A DNA stretch of 64,000 bases from Callorhinchus milii (Eukaryota), in assembly GCF_018977255.1 (NCBI RefSeq), contig NW_024704757.1, positions 6,262,001-6,326,000 of the forward strand, in the 5' to 3' direction. Below the pieces are notes generated by a model, which did not search any database, was not told the origin of the DNA, and saw nothing but the letters and a program-made list of their open reading frames with translations. Made by a program: the position numbers and the translations under genes. Positions 1 to 13,009 of the stretch are shown here, piece by piece; position 1 is the first letter of the stretch; each line of letters begins with the position of its first letter.

Positions 1-190
1 TAATTATGTTATATTTCTGATAAGTATCTTAACACCATCAACTCTGCAAACATTTAAATCTTCTTAAGTAAATAATCTGTTTGCAAAAAACATGTTGTGA
101 CCTATATTGGGTAATCAACATTAGCACAAATTCCTAATTATTACTATATTCTGTGCCTTTTAAAGTACTGCTTGCATACTCCTTCCCGAC

Positions 191-258
191 TGGAGTGTAG
201 TGGTTAGTGCACTTGCCTCGCAAGCGAGAGGACCTGGTGGGGCAAAATCTTAAGCAAG
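191..258 (+). mobile_element. tRNA-derived SINE head fragment
   Basis: gtagtggttagtgcacttgcctcgcaagcgagaggacctgg matches the heads of the full copies at 47876 and 34642. Confidence 0.65.
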
Positions 259-999
259 AAATGGTACGACACAGTCACTAACGCTCTTCTAAGTCTAGAT
301 GATGATGCTTTTAAAGGAAGAACACAGACACAGCTTGACGCTGAAACGAACCAACGCTGTACATAACCTGGCATTGCTTGAAGCTGAAAATAGGTGACAA
401 AACCTCATTGACCTCAGTGACCACAACGAGCACGGTTATCCAAATTTTAAAAGCTTAGTACGATTATAAAAACAAAACTACGAGAGAATTATCAACTTTA
501 ACATCCATTTGGTCTCTTTGCTGTTGAGTATTCGTCACACAGTGAATGTTGCTGGCACCATGATTAACAGGAAGCTAGCACAAAAGAGTAATTCGATGTA
601 TGAACATAGCTGAAGCCAAAGAGCCGTGTTGTTCATGATCTCTCTTAAGGTTCATTGCCCCCCCTCCACCACTCCCCCTTCTGCCGCATGGTTATTTCTC
701 ATAACACCAATAAAATTCAGTGATGCCATGAGCAGCAGCAGCTACTGAATGTGTTGCAGTTGGAAACATAAGAAAGAGTGATGTTGCATCTAGATAAATA
801 TAATAAAATGATCTGATATGAGTAGTGCTGTAGTATTAGTATTTAATTACAACATATTTTAGATAGGGGAGCTATGAAAACATCAAGCACAAATATGACC
901 AGACTGAAGTATCTCTCTCCTGTGCATGTACACAAACACATACACACTCCTCTGTCTTGTGCATCTACTCTTCATCTACTAAAGCTTTACCAACCGGGC

Positions 1000-1153
1000 T
1001 GCTCCCTCCACCCGGTGTGCAATGGCCCTCCTCCCTTGCCCGCCACCCCTCTTGACTCCAGCTCCCAGTTTGGGTGCTAACCCTTCACTGATCCAGAGCT
1101 TTGGGACTTCCTCCCAACATGAAAGACGCTATATAAATGCAAATTGGTGTTGT
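1000..1153 (+). mobile_element. L2 LINE 3' end fragment
   Basis: C-rich tract followed by gctttgggacttcctcccaacatgaaagacgctatataaatgcaaattggtgttgtt, matching the L2 terminus at 61515-61580. Confidence 0.65.
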
Positions 1154-1205
1154 TCTCACTCACGCACCCAAACCCACCCACACACACACTTTTCTATCAC
1201 TTGCT

Positions 1206-1418
1206 TAATAATCCCTCCAAAAAAACAAAAACAATAATAAATTGGTCATTTTCAATCTACAACTGTTTGTGGGACACTGCTGTGCGCAATTGGCTGCCGC
1301 GTTCACCCACAAATATAGTCAATTCACTTTACAGTATATTCTGTGAAGCGCTTTGGGGCGTCTAAAAAAAAGACGTGATAAACGCTATATCAAATGCAAG
1401 GATTATTATTATTATTAT
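1206..1418 (+). mobile_element. Young SINE, 3' two-thirds with (ATT)n tail
   Basis: Close match to the bodies of the full copies at 11958-12278 and 58742-59067. Confidence 0.9.
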
Positions 1419-2239
1419 ATGGGTACGTACACACTTCTTCCAGAACAGCAGTGACTTTAAATGATATGTTGCGAAAGCTCCAATCCTCCTACTTTGTACA
1501 TAGAAGCAGCGAAAGTTAAGCATCAACACCTGTGTATTATTTACTGCTGTAATCTAATCAAAGGGAATGGGAGGAACCAAATCACAAGCAAGTCGAGAGC
1601 AATCCACAATCAACCACTAATCACTGAGATTACACTGATGTCTTAAAATCATGCTTTGACATTAACACAAACCCTTCATTGCTGGGACTCTTTTAGTTGG
1701 CTTGTTTTCTCAGTTGGGGAATAGTGCACGGCACCAGGAGGGAGAAAAGCTATTAAATCAAAATCCACGGAAAGAGAATCCGATCAAAAATTAATTTAGT
1801 AAAAAACAGTGAATAGGAGGTGTAATATGGCCAATAAATACCATCACTTCTCACTATCTATGCTCACACTCCCCACATAATATGTATGATGTTGAAACTG
1901 AAACATGCATTGGTGCTAACAAACATAAACACATTACGAAAAATAGCAGCAGTGTGAATGTTTTGATTATTGGCAGGTTCACAACTGTGCTGGAGCCAGA
2001 AACCCCTTCCCTCATCGTTCAGATAATAGTCAAAGCCACAGAGGCCCAGTCACCAGCTGCAACCAAACCCCTCATGCTCTCCACTCAGTTGTGAGGTCAA
2101 TGTGTGGGGAAGAACTGATTGCAAAAGTTTTATGAATGGTGTCCACTCCACTTCCAGAGACCAGTCGACAATGAACACACTTGTGCTTATTATCTATTAT
2201 TATTATATAATTATTATATGATTATATAATTATTATTAT

Positions 2240-2385
2240 CTTCGATCATGCCATCGGTCACCCCCCTTCCTCTCCCTTCTCCCTCTCCGACTCTAGCTCG
2301 GGTCTGAAATGCTGTACACTGTCCAGCGCCTTGGGACATTCTCCTGATGTGAAAGTCGCTATACAAATGTAATCTTGTTGTTGTT
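2240..2385 (+). mobile_element. L2 LINE 3' end
   Basis: cagcgccttgggacattctcctgatgtgaaagtcgctatacaaatgtaatcttgttgttgtt terminus after a pyrimidine-rich UTR. Confidence 0.75.
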
Positions 2386-5220
2386 ATCCCCTCAAATGAT
2401 GGATTAATCAAAAAATCATTGTTCATTAACACACTTCATACACTGTCATACCCTTCACTCCAATATTTGTGTGAGTGTCAAAGGGAGAGCAAGGTTAATG
2501 CAAATCACTTTGTCTCTTAACATATTCAGGCAACAGGAATCGTTAACAATGGATGTAGAATTTTCAACAAACAAACTTGTGATATGGTATGTCGACTTCA
2601 GTGACACTTGGTTGTCAGAAGACTAAATGTTTTTCTCAATGGCTATTCTATCTGACATGCTTCCTGGAGCACTGTCAGTCAGTGACAGAGAAGGGCAAAT
2701 TTAGGACTATCCTAACATGATCTCAAGGACCTGCAAAGAGCTTATTCTTCTATCATATCACAGAAACAGAATCAAAGTCATAGCAATCACTTCTGTTTGT
2801 GAGGAAGTCAACGTTTGCCCTTCTCTCATATTAGGCTTGGCACCTGATGAACTTTAAAGATATTTCATTGTGGTTTCGATACTGACAGTCTGTAAGTCTG
2901 GGAGCAGCAAGTATCATCTCCATCACTTGGAAATCAATACAATGCAAAACCAAAGCCAAATGTAAGCATTCCCCTCACAGTGGACGTCCCTAGCATTTCT
3001 CACAGTTCTTGCCCAATGTTACAATCAACAATAATCCTTGCATTTGATGTAGCGTTCATCAAGTCATCAAAACGTGTCAAAGCACTTCACATAAAGTACA
3101 GGGATTGTGTATTTGTAGGTGAATTAGCTAACAGGTTGACTCAAACAGTTTACCTCATAGCCAGTGTCAATTTAAGGTACTTTTGAGAATGAGATAAATA
3201 ATAATAAATAATTAGACAGATTCAACTTATAAAACAGAAAAGCACCAAAGATACCAAACCAAAGACACGTTATTTGTTTGGAAGCAGAGCGCCACTTTGA
3301 AAAACAATCAAAACCTGCAATTCTTTTCCAGTTCCTAATCTGACAATGTAGTTCAAATCATGCAAGCTCTTTTGCTCTTTAGCTTGCTCGTGACGACAAC
3401 TGTGACAAATAGACAGCTCAAGGCACTCCGTAGGACTCTTACTAACATTTGTGGCATTCTCGCTGTATACATTCAGCGTGAAAACAATCCGAATAAGGAG
3501 AGTTTATATGGTATCAATTTGGCAGAAGGTTATAAAATTCCACTTCCCCTGCCAGACTGTCAAGAACCCACCCATTCAGCGGCTACTACTGCTGTTGTAA
3601 TTACACCCCTATCATCACCTCTGATTAGTTTGGAATCCCCATTTCCTCTGTGTTACTCACAGATCTTTGTTTCCATTGGAATATTTGAGTCAGGATCATG
3701 TTAAAAACAAAACAATCCCTCAGACTCTCCAAATCCAGGGCACACTGCCAAACTCAATGTACAAACCCAATACTGACGCTAGCATTCAAGGCTATACACA
3801 ATGGCCATTTTTTGTGTCTGATGTATAAATTAAGTTGGCCATATATAGAAAATACTGTACTTTCCTCTGAGAATCTGCTGGTCTGCAGAAGAGCAAAAAA
3901 AAGGTAAAACCATCAAACTGATTGCAGTTCAAATTGGTTTTTTTCTTCCTCAAAGAATCCAAGTCTCCATGTATTTTTGTCCATATTTAGTAAAAATATT
4001 GTGACTATTTTCAATCTCAATTAAAAATTCAGTCCCACAGACAGAGACAGATGGACAAGGACCTTGAAGTTGGCAGAATCCCAGCACACAAGAATTCCTC
4101 ATTGACTGGCATTATTATTTCACCCTTTAAAGGGCAGAGTTTTCATAAAAATGTTTTTGGCAAGCGTTTAACTCATTTGCTTGACGAATGCGTACCATGA
4201 TTAAATAGCACATCACTAGTACAATGTTCTTCACCCTCCTCGGAAACAAAGGCATATCCCAAGATTGCTCATCTTTCACCTAACTAAAATAACCCCACAA
4301 AGAGCTTTCAGTGGGCATCCAGGGCCAAGAATCCCCAAAAGAGCAGCCATTAATACATGGCAAAGACATGCAGGGGAAATCCAACCACCCCCAGAGCAAA
4401 GGTTGAGAGACGTGGACAAATTCTTGAGGAATGCACTTCCTCTCGGTTGACTAGGTAGCTATCTTTGATTGGATTTTAAGCAACAAATTTCAAGAAAACC
4501 TAATTTGTCCAGTGACCTCGGAAAGGGAGCAAATATTGCACTGAAGAACAGCCTTAAGTAACAGAGAGGTTTCTGATGACGTTAAAATGGACCCAAGCAG
4601 GGTCAATGCCTTCAGAGGAGATGCTGTAAGGATAGAAAATTGAATGGAAAATAAAATTTAAAAATAGGTTTTTCATCTTTTAAACCAACTAAACTGGCCT
4701 CATTCAGCGGCATCGTTAACGACCACACTGCAAACACACAAGATGACTTAAAAATGAAACTTCGTACTAGCTTCAAGCCACATTGCACCCATGTGAGTGC
4801 ATCTTAATTGGGCAAACTGAGCTTTCACTCACAAGTGGCTGACTCTCATTATCACTGGGAGAATACAACACAGAATCTTTCATTTCATCATTATGACCAT
4901 TAATACTTCTTTGCCATCAATTCGGTGTTCTGCAGAGGAAAATGAAATAACTGTTGCGGTTCAATAAAGTTTCAGCAACACTTTATATTACTTTTTTAAA
5001 ATTGAGTTTAAAACAACAAATGTTGCTCCATCCTTGTGGCCTAATGGGTAAAGATGGCAAGAGGCCCTGTGGACTGCAACTGTCTGCATTTTGTTGATCT
5101 CAGTTAGGGCATCGGTGGGGCACTCAATGATCTGGATCAAGGAAATCGGCCAGGTTTCCTGATCCCTACCCAGGGAGTCTCTGGTGCAAGGCACATGTTT
5201 TCAGAGGTTGGGATGAGCCC

Positions 5221-5284
5221 AACAACAACAACAACAACAAAATTAAGTTTGTAAAGTGCCTTTCACATCGGGAGGACGTCCCAA
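5221..5284 (-). mobile_element. L2 tail with (CAA)n
   Basis: (aac)n followed by gcctttcacatcgggaggacgtcccaa, the reverse complement of the L2 terminus. Confidence 0.75.
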
Positions 5285-5346
5285 ATCAAAGGATTGGACC
5301 TGGTTCTGACACCTGTGGACAATCACTGTCAAGACTCGCACAGTTG

Positions 5347-5760
5347 GTGTCAGTCTAGCTCAGTTGGTATCACTCTTACCTCTGAGTTAAAGGTTGTGGG
5401 TTCAAACTCCATGTTGGAACTTTGAACTCATATAGTCTAGGCTGACATTCCAATGCAGTCCTGCTGTGTCAGAGGTCCTTAAGATAAGAGGTTAAACCAA
5501 GGTCCCTTCCGCCTGTTCAGGTAGATGTTAAAAACCCCCTGGCACTATTTGAAAAGACAAGAGAGTTTCTCAAGGTGTCCTGGCCAACAATCCTCCAGAA
5601 AATATTGGTCATTCACTTCAATGTCATTTGTGGGACTTTGCTGTGAGCAAAATGACCACTGTATTTACCTACAAAATACAATACTTTTTGTGAAGCTCTT
5701 TGAAATGCCCTCCTGACATGAAAGGTTCCGTATCAACTGCAAAAATTATTGTTTATTATT
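5347..5760 (+). mobile_element. Full-length older DeuSINE (SacSINE1-like): tRNA-like head, Deu core, L2-type tail
   Basis: A box tagctcagttgg, B box ggttcaaactcc, core ttaaaccaaggtcc...caggtagatgttaaaaaccccctggcactatttgaa...ggtgtcctggccaa. Homologous to 29001-29396 and 31932-32234. Family name is from recall. Confidence 0.75.
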
Positions 5761-6283
5761 ATGAATAATGACCACTTGGGCAAGCACTACCCTCGAACTG
5801 CAGCTTGGGAAAAGTCAAAATTCCTTCAGGAGTTTTATGTAGATGAAAACTCAGAACAAATGTGAAAATCAATCACAAATTTACAACCTACAAAATGTAA
5901 ACCATGATTAAGAGCCTTGGGGAGGTAATTAAAATAGTCTACATGCTTCTTTTTGGCATTACAGCATCTTGAAAACTAAAATCAGACTGCTCCTTCAATA
6001 ATCTAGCAAGTCTGCTTCTTTAGATGAGGACATACTAGAATCATAATCAATTGGTTATGCAGATCATATAAACCATAAAACAAAATCTTTCCCTCCTACT
6101 TTCTCAGGAATTCTTCTTTGCCTTATTTGTCCGCTAGTCAATGGGGACTCTGGTGACCTGCACAGACTACCTGCTGGCAATGAATGGCCACGGTTCCCCA
6201 TCCATGGCTTCAGTTCTCTCTTCTTTGATGACTTAACTATTGAGCTACTATTTCATTCAATTCCTCATTCAAAATCTGCTCAT

Positions 6284-6597
6284 ACAACAAGAACAACTTG
6301 CACTTATACGGCACCCTCCACATGGGGTAGCATCCCGGAGTGCTTGACAGATGCTGAGACTGACACTGAGCCAGTGGGGAGAGGGAGGGGGAAGGTGACC
6401 ATAAGCACGATCAAAAAGGAAGGTCTTTAGGCAAGATTTGAAAGTGGGAAGGGAGGGGGCAAGGGATTAAGGGAGAGAGTTCCAGAGTTTCGGGGTAGTG
6501 GCTGAAGGCACGGCTACCGATGGTAGAACAGAGGGGAAGAGGGACAAACAGGAGACCGGAGCTAGCTGGGCGGAGGCAGCGGGTGGGGGAGTGGGTA
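6284..6597 (-). mobile_element. Older L2 subfamily 3' fragment
   Basis: (caa) tail plus gagttccagagtt...gctgaaggcacggctaccgatggtag. Homologous to 10685-11107 and 39848-40220. Confidence 0.8.
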
Positions 6598-8087
6598 ATA
6601 TGGCTTCAGAATTTATTAGAATTCAGAATTCATAACGGTGAAACAGGACACATCTGGATTATGCAGGTACCTACTTGGTATGGTATGGCTACAGCTGTTA
6701 ATTTGAGATATGAAATAAAACGGCAGGGCTGTGATGTTCAGCAACAGCACGTCTTCAAATTAAACATCTGCTGGAAAAGGCACAATCTTTATTTATAATT
6801 TCTTCATAGGACTTCAGGGTAAAACTAAAACCCAGCACTTCGATACAATCTGTCTTCAGCAAAGAGCATGGTGTAATCTCAAAAGAGCCCACTTAACGAG
6901 GATTTCAGTTTACAAGTCAATCAAGCTGCACAAAGACGGGTTGGTTTGCAGTGCGCTAACTGCAAAAATAAGCAACGAAAGGCTTTTCTTTAAGCACACT
7001 GTACGAGAAAGATTGAAGCTGGAAACATGTAAACTGGACAGCGAATGTTAATGCAGTATTTGAACATTAAAAAAAAACTCATTAGCGAGATGTAAGGCTG
7101 TTCAATCAACAATGCTTGAGGCACAGGACATTTTTTAAAGCACAAATTTACAACAAAGAACTAATTACACTTCACAAGAGCTGCAAAACAGGGCCACCCT
7201 CTCAGTCCCATTAAGACAGTGAGATTGTTCATCATATCGCAGTCTAGCAGTTTGTATCATTCTATAGAAACTTGTTAAACACTGACTGCTTAAAACTTGA
7301 AAGCTGAAAACAATCTGTGAAACAAATATTTCACAAAGGAAAACGTTTCATGACAAACATATTTGTAATATTCCATATCAAGTTTTTTTTTAAATATAAA
7401 AAAAACCTTCTGTTTTCACAAAGAGATAAGAGACCACTGTTCAAATGAAAAGCTTATTGATTACAGGAAGTGTTTCTAAGATCCTGAAGTGGTTAGTGGG
7501 CAAACAGACACACACGGCCCTGGTAAAGTGTTTGAGGGTCCACCTGGTTTGATTCCTGATCTGTCATGCTGAGATCAGGTGGGCTGACCGTGATAGTACA
7601 ATTGGTCTTCCTAGCTTTACCAAGTATAATACTGCTCAGCTTGAGTGAAACCCAGACATTTGTTGAATGTAAACAGCGTGATTGATTAATGGACTGAAGA
7701 ACACTCATGACTGGAAACTGTCACTAGTCTAAGTCAAGTCTAAGTACGAAAGAAAGAATAGCAGTGGAGAACAGAGTGATTCTGTTGGTAGTACTCATAC
7801 CTCCGAATCGGAAGGTTATGCGTTAAAGCCCCATGCTGGGATTTTGAGTTCATGACTAGCTTGACACTCTAATGCTGTGGGAGCAGAAGAGATGCACGAG
7901 CATTTCTGAGTAATTAGTTCCAAACCAAAAACAGTGAAGGCTTAGAAAACAACTGACCTACTTGGCCTCTGAGTCAGAGATGATCAGGTGTATGACCAGG
8001 TTGAGAGGGTGGGAAGAAACCCCAAAAGATGAAAAAATTACTTTTTTTGTATTTTTTGAAGAGTAAGGGAAAATAGACTAAGAATAT

Positions 8088-8457
8088 TCCTGTAGAGTCC
8101 TGTGGTGAGAGCATTTGCCTCGCAGGTGAGAGGACCTGGGTTTGATTCCTGGTGAAAATGTTGGGCAAGTTTCCTTCCTCCACACGCCTCTATTTACCTA
8201 GGAGTAAATAGGAATCTGGTTGTTAGTTGATTGTCGGATCGCTTTTTCGGGGGTAATAATCCCTTCAGAGAAAAATGATAATAATTTGGTCACTCAATCC
8301 ACGACTGTTTGTGAAACACTACTGTGCACAATTAGCTGCCGCGTTTCGCCCACAAAATACACAGTCAATTCACTTTACAGTGTATTTTGTGAAGCGCTTT
8401 GAGATGTCTTGAAGCCCTGATAAGGCGCTATGTCAAATGCAAGGATTATTATTATTA
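8088..8457 (+). mobile_element. Full-length SINE, long-linker subfamily
   Basis: tRNA-like head, linker gcctctatttacctaggagtaaataggaatctgg, shared body and ggattattattatt tail. Confidence 0.88.
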
Positions 8458-8791
8458 CCATATAAGAATAAGTGTCATCTGTTCGCTCGTTCATTCACTG
8501 CTGTTATTTGACTTACTGTTTCCATTTTTCTGTGTACTTGCATATTTGTTACTGACAAATGGAACTCTGTCACTTTGCACAAGCAATTGGAATTGAAATT
8601 TTCTTCTGTCTTCAATTCATCACTTATGGAATAGCGAAAAGCTCATAGAAAAGAGTAATACTATACCAAATTACTTTACATTTCAAAAGCAGCCCAACAC
8701 TTGTTGAAGTGCAAAGCACATCACTGCATTCATTAACTGGAGACAAGCAGCATGGCATAGGGGAGAACTAGAGTCAAGAGAGAAAAGAAAG

Positions 8792-9155
8792 TAATAATGA
8801 TAATCCTTGCATTTGATATAACGCCTTATCAAGTCTTTAAGACTCCTCAAAGCACTTCATAGAATATCCTCTAAATTGAATTGACTGCATATTTTGTAGG
8901 TGAAATGCGACAGCCAATTGTGCACAGCAGTGCCCCAAAAACGGTTGTCGATTGAGTGACCAAATCATTTTTAAAAACAGTTTTTTTAAAAAAGGGATTA
9001 TTATCCCCAGAAAAGTGATCCGCCAATCGAGTAACAACCGGGTTCCTACTTCCTGCTAAATAAATAGAGCCATGTGGAGGAAGGAAACTTGCCTAACATT
9101 TCACCCCGCACGAGAATCAAATCCAATTCCTCTCTCTTACGAGGCGAGTGCTGTA
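8792..9155 (-). mobile_element. Near-full SINE, long-linker subfamily, inverted relative to 8088-8457
   Basis: Reverse-complement homology to 8088-8457 over head, linker, body and tail. Confidence 0.85.
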
Positions 9156-10684
9156 ATCTATGTAACAGCAGAAGATAAAGGAGGAAAGTGGAATACTCTG
9201 AACATTACAGAGATGGGATCTTCTCTTTCCTCTCTATGAAGAACTGGTCAGTCAGCATCAGTTACAGCAAGTGGTTCCGCAGGGAATCCCACAGATCTGC
9301 CTTCTTCTGACCTGGGTGTCAATCAAAAGGCATGCAAGCCAAGAACACCCAGCGCCAGCCAAGCATGACTTGGCTGTGCAAATTGTCAAGTGTTGCAATC
9401 TTTAAGGTCTTTACTGCATTCACTAGCAAATTGAGGACTTTATTGTGTCTAAAGCACAATTCTACATTGTGTTTTGCAGCTAGTAAAACACTTTCAAATG
9501 TCACTGTCTCCTGAGATAGCCATTTAAAGAATTAAACAAATAAAGGGAAACAAAAAAACCTGTATTGTTTCTCAGATGTGAACCGCTGGCAGAGTGGAAG
9601 CATTCGGATCACCTCTGCCCAGTGGTGACTGAGGCAGAAATCATTGTTCCTCTGTGCTTTCATTTAACAACTAACTGCAAAGTGCACAGCAACACGACTG
9701 CAGAAAATGATTTCAGAATGTCTGGAATTATTTGACACTTGGTTCACTTTAAAACCCCAAACCCATTAATATTACACATTAATGTAATCTCTTTAAGGCA
9801 GAATTAGTAGCTGGGTATGAGTCATACAGACGGGTGCTCTGTAGTGGCATTTGAAATATGTCCTTCATAATGTGGCTTTCTCTATCAAGTTCTCAAATAT
9901 TTAAAATCTTAAAAAGACATTTCAATGAGCCTTTTAAATATTACCCAGATGAAACAATTCTACAGTTTTTAAACAACAGCATTTGATTTCGCTCTGCATC
10001 TGTGTGAAGACAACTTTCAGCAAGTTTAGCCTCAGATGTTCAAAACATTACTGTCCTGAGCGTTGTATGCAACTGACATGAAACCTCTCTGGGGTTGGAT
10101 GGGAAAACACATAAGGGTGAGCTAAAGGCTACTTACCAGAGCCACCAGTACGGAGTAGCATGCTATGAGAGTGCCCAAGAAGTAGAAAATCAACCAAATA
10201 AATTGGAGAACTTTGAAACAAATGGTATCATGTGCCTTTTGATTTGCTACTGGTGCAGCAGCATGATGACTTTTTAATACATATATACATATATATATAG
10301 ATCCTCGTTGTTTCTGTTATTTGGTAGAATTGCATGTGACACAATTTCAATCCAGTCTACGCCAACCAATAAATGGAATTTTGTCACTTTGAACAGGAAA
10401 GATATCATTTTAGATAGGTCTGAAACTTTCTTCTGTTGCCTTTGATTTGTCACTTAGAACAAGGCAAAAGGCTCACAAGAAACAGCAATACTCATCTACT
10501 TTACACTTCAAAGCAGTTGGATCCCATCCACTGCTCTGAATAAAGTCAAAAACAAATTTTAAAAAAAGCACACACAAAAAATCAAACCTTCCCAACTTTT
10601 TACTTGTCTTTTTTCTGCGCTAGTATGTCAAGTGTTCAGAATGAAACTGATCAAAGTATGGAGTAAGTTTAACTCTTGCTTGAT

Positions 10685-11107
10685 CAACAATAACTTGCAT
10701 TTATATAGCGTCCCTCACTCAGGGTAGGGTCCCAGAACACTTGACAATGACGGAGCATGACGCCGAACTGGGGGGAGGGGGAGGTGACCGTAGGCACGGT
10801 GGAAGAGGAAGGTCTTCAGGCACGATCTGAAGATGGGGAAGGAAGGGGCAAGGCAGGGGAATATAGAAAGAGTGTTCCAGAGTTTTAGGGGATAGCGGCT
10901 GAAAGCGCAGCCACCGATGGTAGAACGGAGGATACGAGGGACATGGAGGAGGCCAGAGCTAGTCGAGCGGAGGCAGCAAGTAGTGGGTTGGGGAGTAAGC
11001 AGGTCAGAGAGGTAGGGAGGTGCCAGGGTGTGAAGGGATTTGAAAACAAGTGTGAGGATCTTGAAATTGATCTTTTTGACAATAGGGAGCCAGTGGAGCC
11101 TGGCTAG
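10685..11107 (-). mobile_element. Older L2 3' fragment
   Basis: caacaataacttgcatttatatagcg tail. The upstream part corresponds to the LHWL..KIL ORF2 C-terminal region (gggagccagtggag). Confidence 0.8.
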
Positions 11108-11957
11108 AACTGTTGTGTTGGGGGTACGTACGGGTTTATTTAAGGTTATTTAAAATAAATAAATTGGTCATATTTTTCATTGATTTTGTAAGAGTTGAGG
11201 TGTCTGGTTAGAAAAGAATTCCGAAAGTCCATCTAACTGCAGCTAGAACTTTAGTTTCCACAAATTAACTTTTGCTTTTAGTATTATAATACTATAATGG
11301 CAAAAAATATTATAATAATTATAATGGCAATAATCCTTGCACCTTACATGGCACCTATTACATTAAAATAACTCAAGAAATATGCAATTAAACAAAGCTA
11401 AAATATATATTCTGCCAAATATTGGCTTTGTTGAAATAGATTCAGAAAAATTAAAGAGAACATTGAAATTAGAAAGAAATATATATAACTATTTAAACAA
11501 AACAATTCTAATAAGCAGAGGCATCAAGAGAGATTGAGGAACAAATTAGGATATACAATTAAAACACAGTATGACATTGAATAATATTAGTTTTAATATC
11601 CCATCAACCTTTTTACTAATAAGAGCCATGAATCATACTAAATGCTGATGTTAAATTTTATAACAATCTGATCAGTGGGCAAGATGAGAACAGGCGCAAC
11701 TGAGATTCCCGAGTCAAACAGTTCACTAACCCTCACTGACTGAGCTCACATGGGAAGAAATAAGACACTTGGGTAAAGGTCTTTACTGCCACAAAATACA
11801 GTCACCTCAATTCACAATAAAACCTATGAAGGACTTTTGAGATGTCCTCCTGTTGTGAAGGCAAGATCAAATGCAAAGATTATTTTGTAGCTAGTTTATC
11901 ATCCCCTAAGGAGGACAGTCACTAGTTGGTCATTTGACATCTGACAAGATGAGGAGA

Positions 11958-12278
11958 AATAATAATAATAATAATCCTTGCATATGATATAGTGCTTTTC
12001 ATGTCTTCTAGACGTCTCAAAAGGCTTCACAGAATATGCTGTAAAGTGAATAGACTGTATATTTGTGGGAGAAACGCGGCAGCCAATTGTGCACAGCAGT
12101 GTCCCACAAACAGCCATGGATTGAAAATGACCAATTTATTATTGGTTTTGTTTTGGAGGGATTATTATCAGGCGTGTGGAATAAGGAAACTTGCCCAAGG
12201 TTTCGCCCTGCCTAGAATTGAACCCAGGTGTCTCGCTTGCAAGGCGAGTGCTCTAACCACTGAGCTACAGGACTCCAC
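11958..12278 (-). mobile_element. Full-length young SINE (short-linker subfamily), tRNA-Ala(TGC)-like head
   Basis: Minus strand gtggagtcctgtagctcagtggttagagcactcgccttgcaagcgagacacctgggttcaattc with A and B boxes, and an (ATT)n tail. Confidence 0.92.
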
Positions 12279-12940
12279 TTTTGAGATAAATGGATTTTTT
12301 AAAATACTGCAATGCTTCTGATTAGGAGACAGAAATGCCACCCCCTTCCCTCCCCACACACACACTAGTTTCTCCCTCTTTTGTCATCTCCCATCCTTTC
12401 TATCCTTATCCATAATCTGGGTGAGATTAGGTCTGATCTAACATATTCACAAATTGGACTTGCTGAGTTAATTGTACATTGTGCTTATGATGCTGTTTCC
12501 CGCTGGTGATTTGCTCACTGGCCTTTGTGTGAGATCCACGGCATTCACAAACCAGAGTTCACAATTAACACAACAAATCTGGTTTGAGTCTATTGGAAAT
12601 TAGGCTGTAGTGGTGCTGAATTAGTATATATGCAGCCTTTTGCTGTGGATTCACATCTGCTGGGATCAACACAGGCTTTATTCAAATCACATTTGATTCT
12701 AAGAAAGAAGAAACTACAAATAAATTTCAGAAGCCTACATTTTTTTTACATAATAGAATAACCAGAACAGAATGAGGAATAGGGTAGGTTTTTTTTAATG
12801 ATTGTATCAACTCAGCTGTTTCATACAACAGAATAGATCAAGCTTCTCCATAAAAATTCTGTGTACAACCCATAGATTTCTTTATAAACAAATCACTAAT
12901 GCTCTAATTGATTACATTGGATTAATTGGACATTCACATG

Positions 12941-13009
12941 AATCAGCCATGATCTTATAAAATGGCGGAACAGGCTTGAGAGGCTGAATAGCCTACTCCT
13001 GTTTCTATG
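12941..13009 (+). mobile_element. CR1 LINE 3' terminus
   Basis: atcagccatgatctta...aatggcggaacaggcttgagaggctgaatagcctactcctgtttctatg, homologous to 34340-34410. Confidence 0.75.

Noticed and set aside
2186-2239. AT-rich (ATT/TA)n tract; also TA repeats near 10278-10299
   Set aside because: Simple low-complexity sequence.
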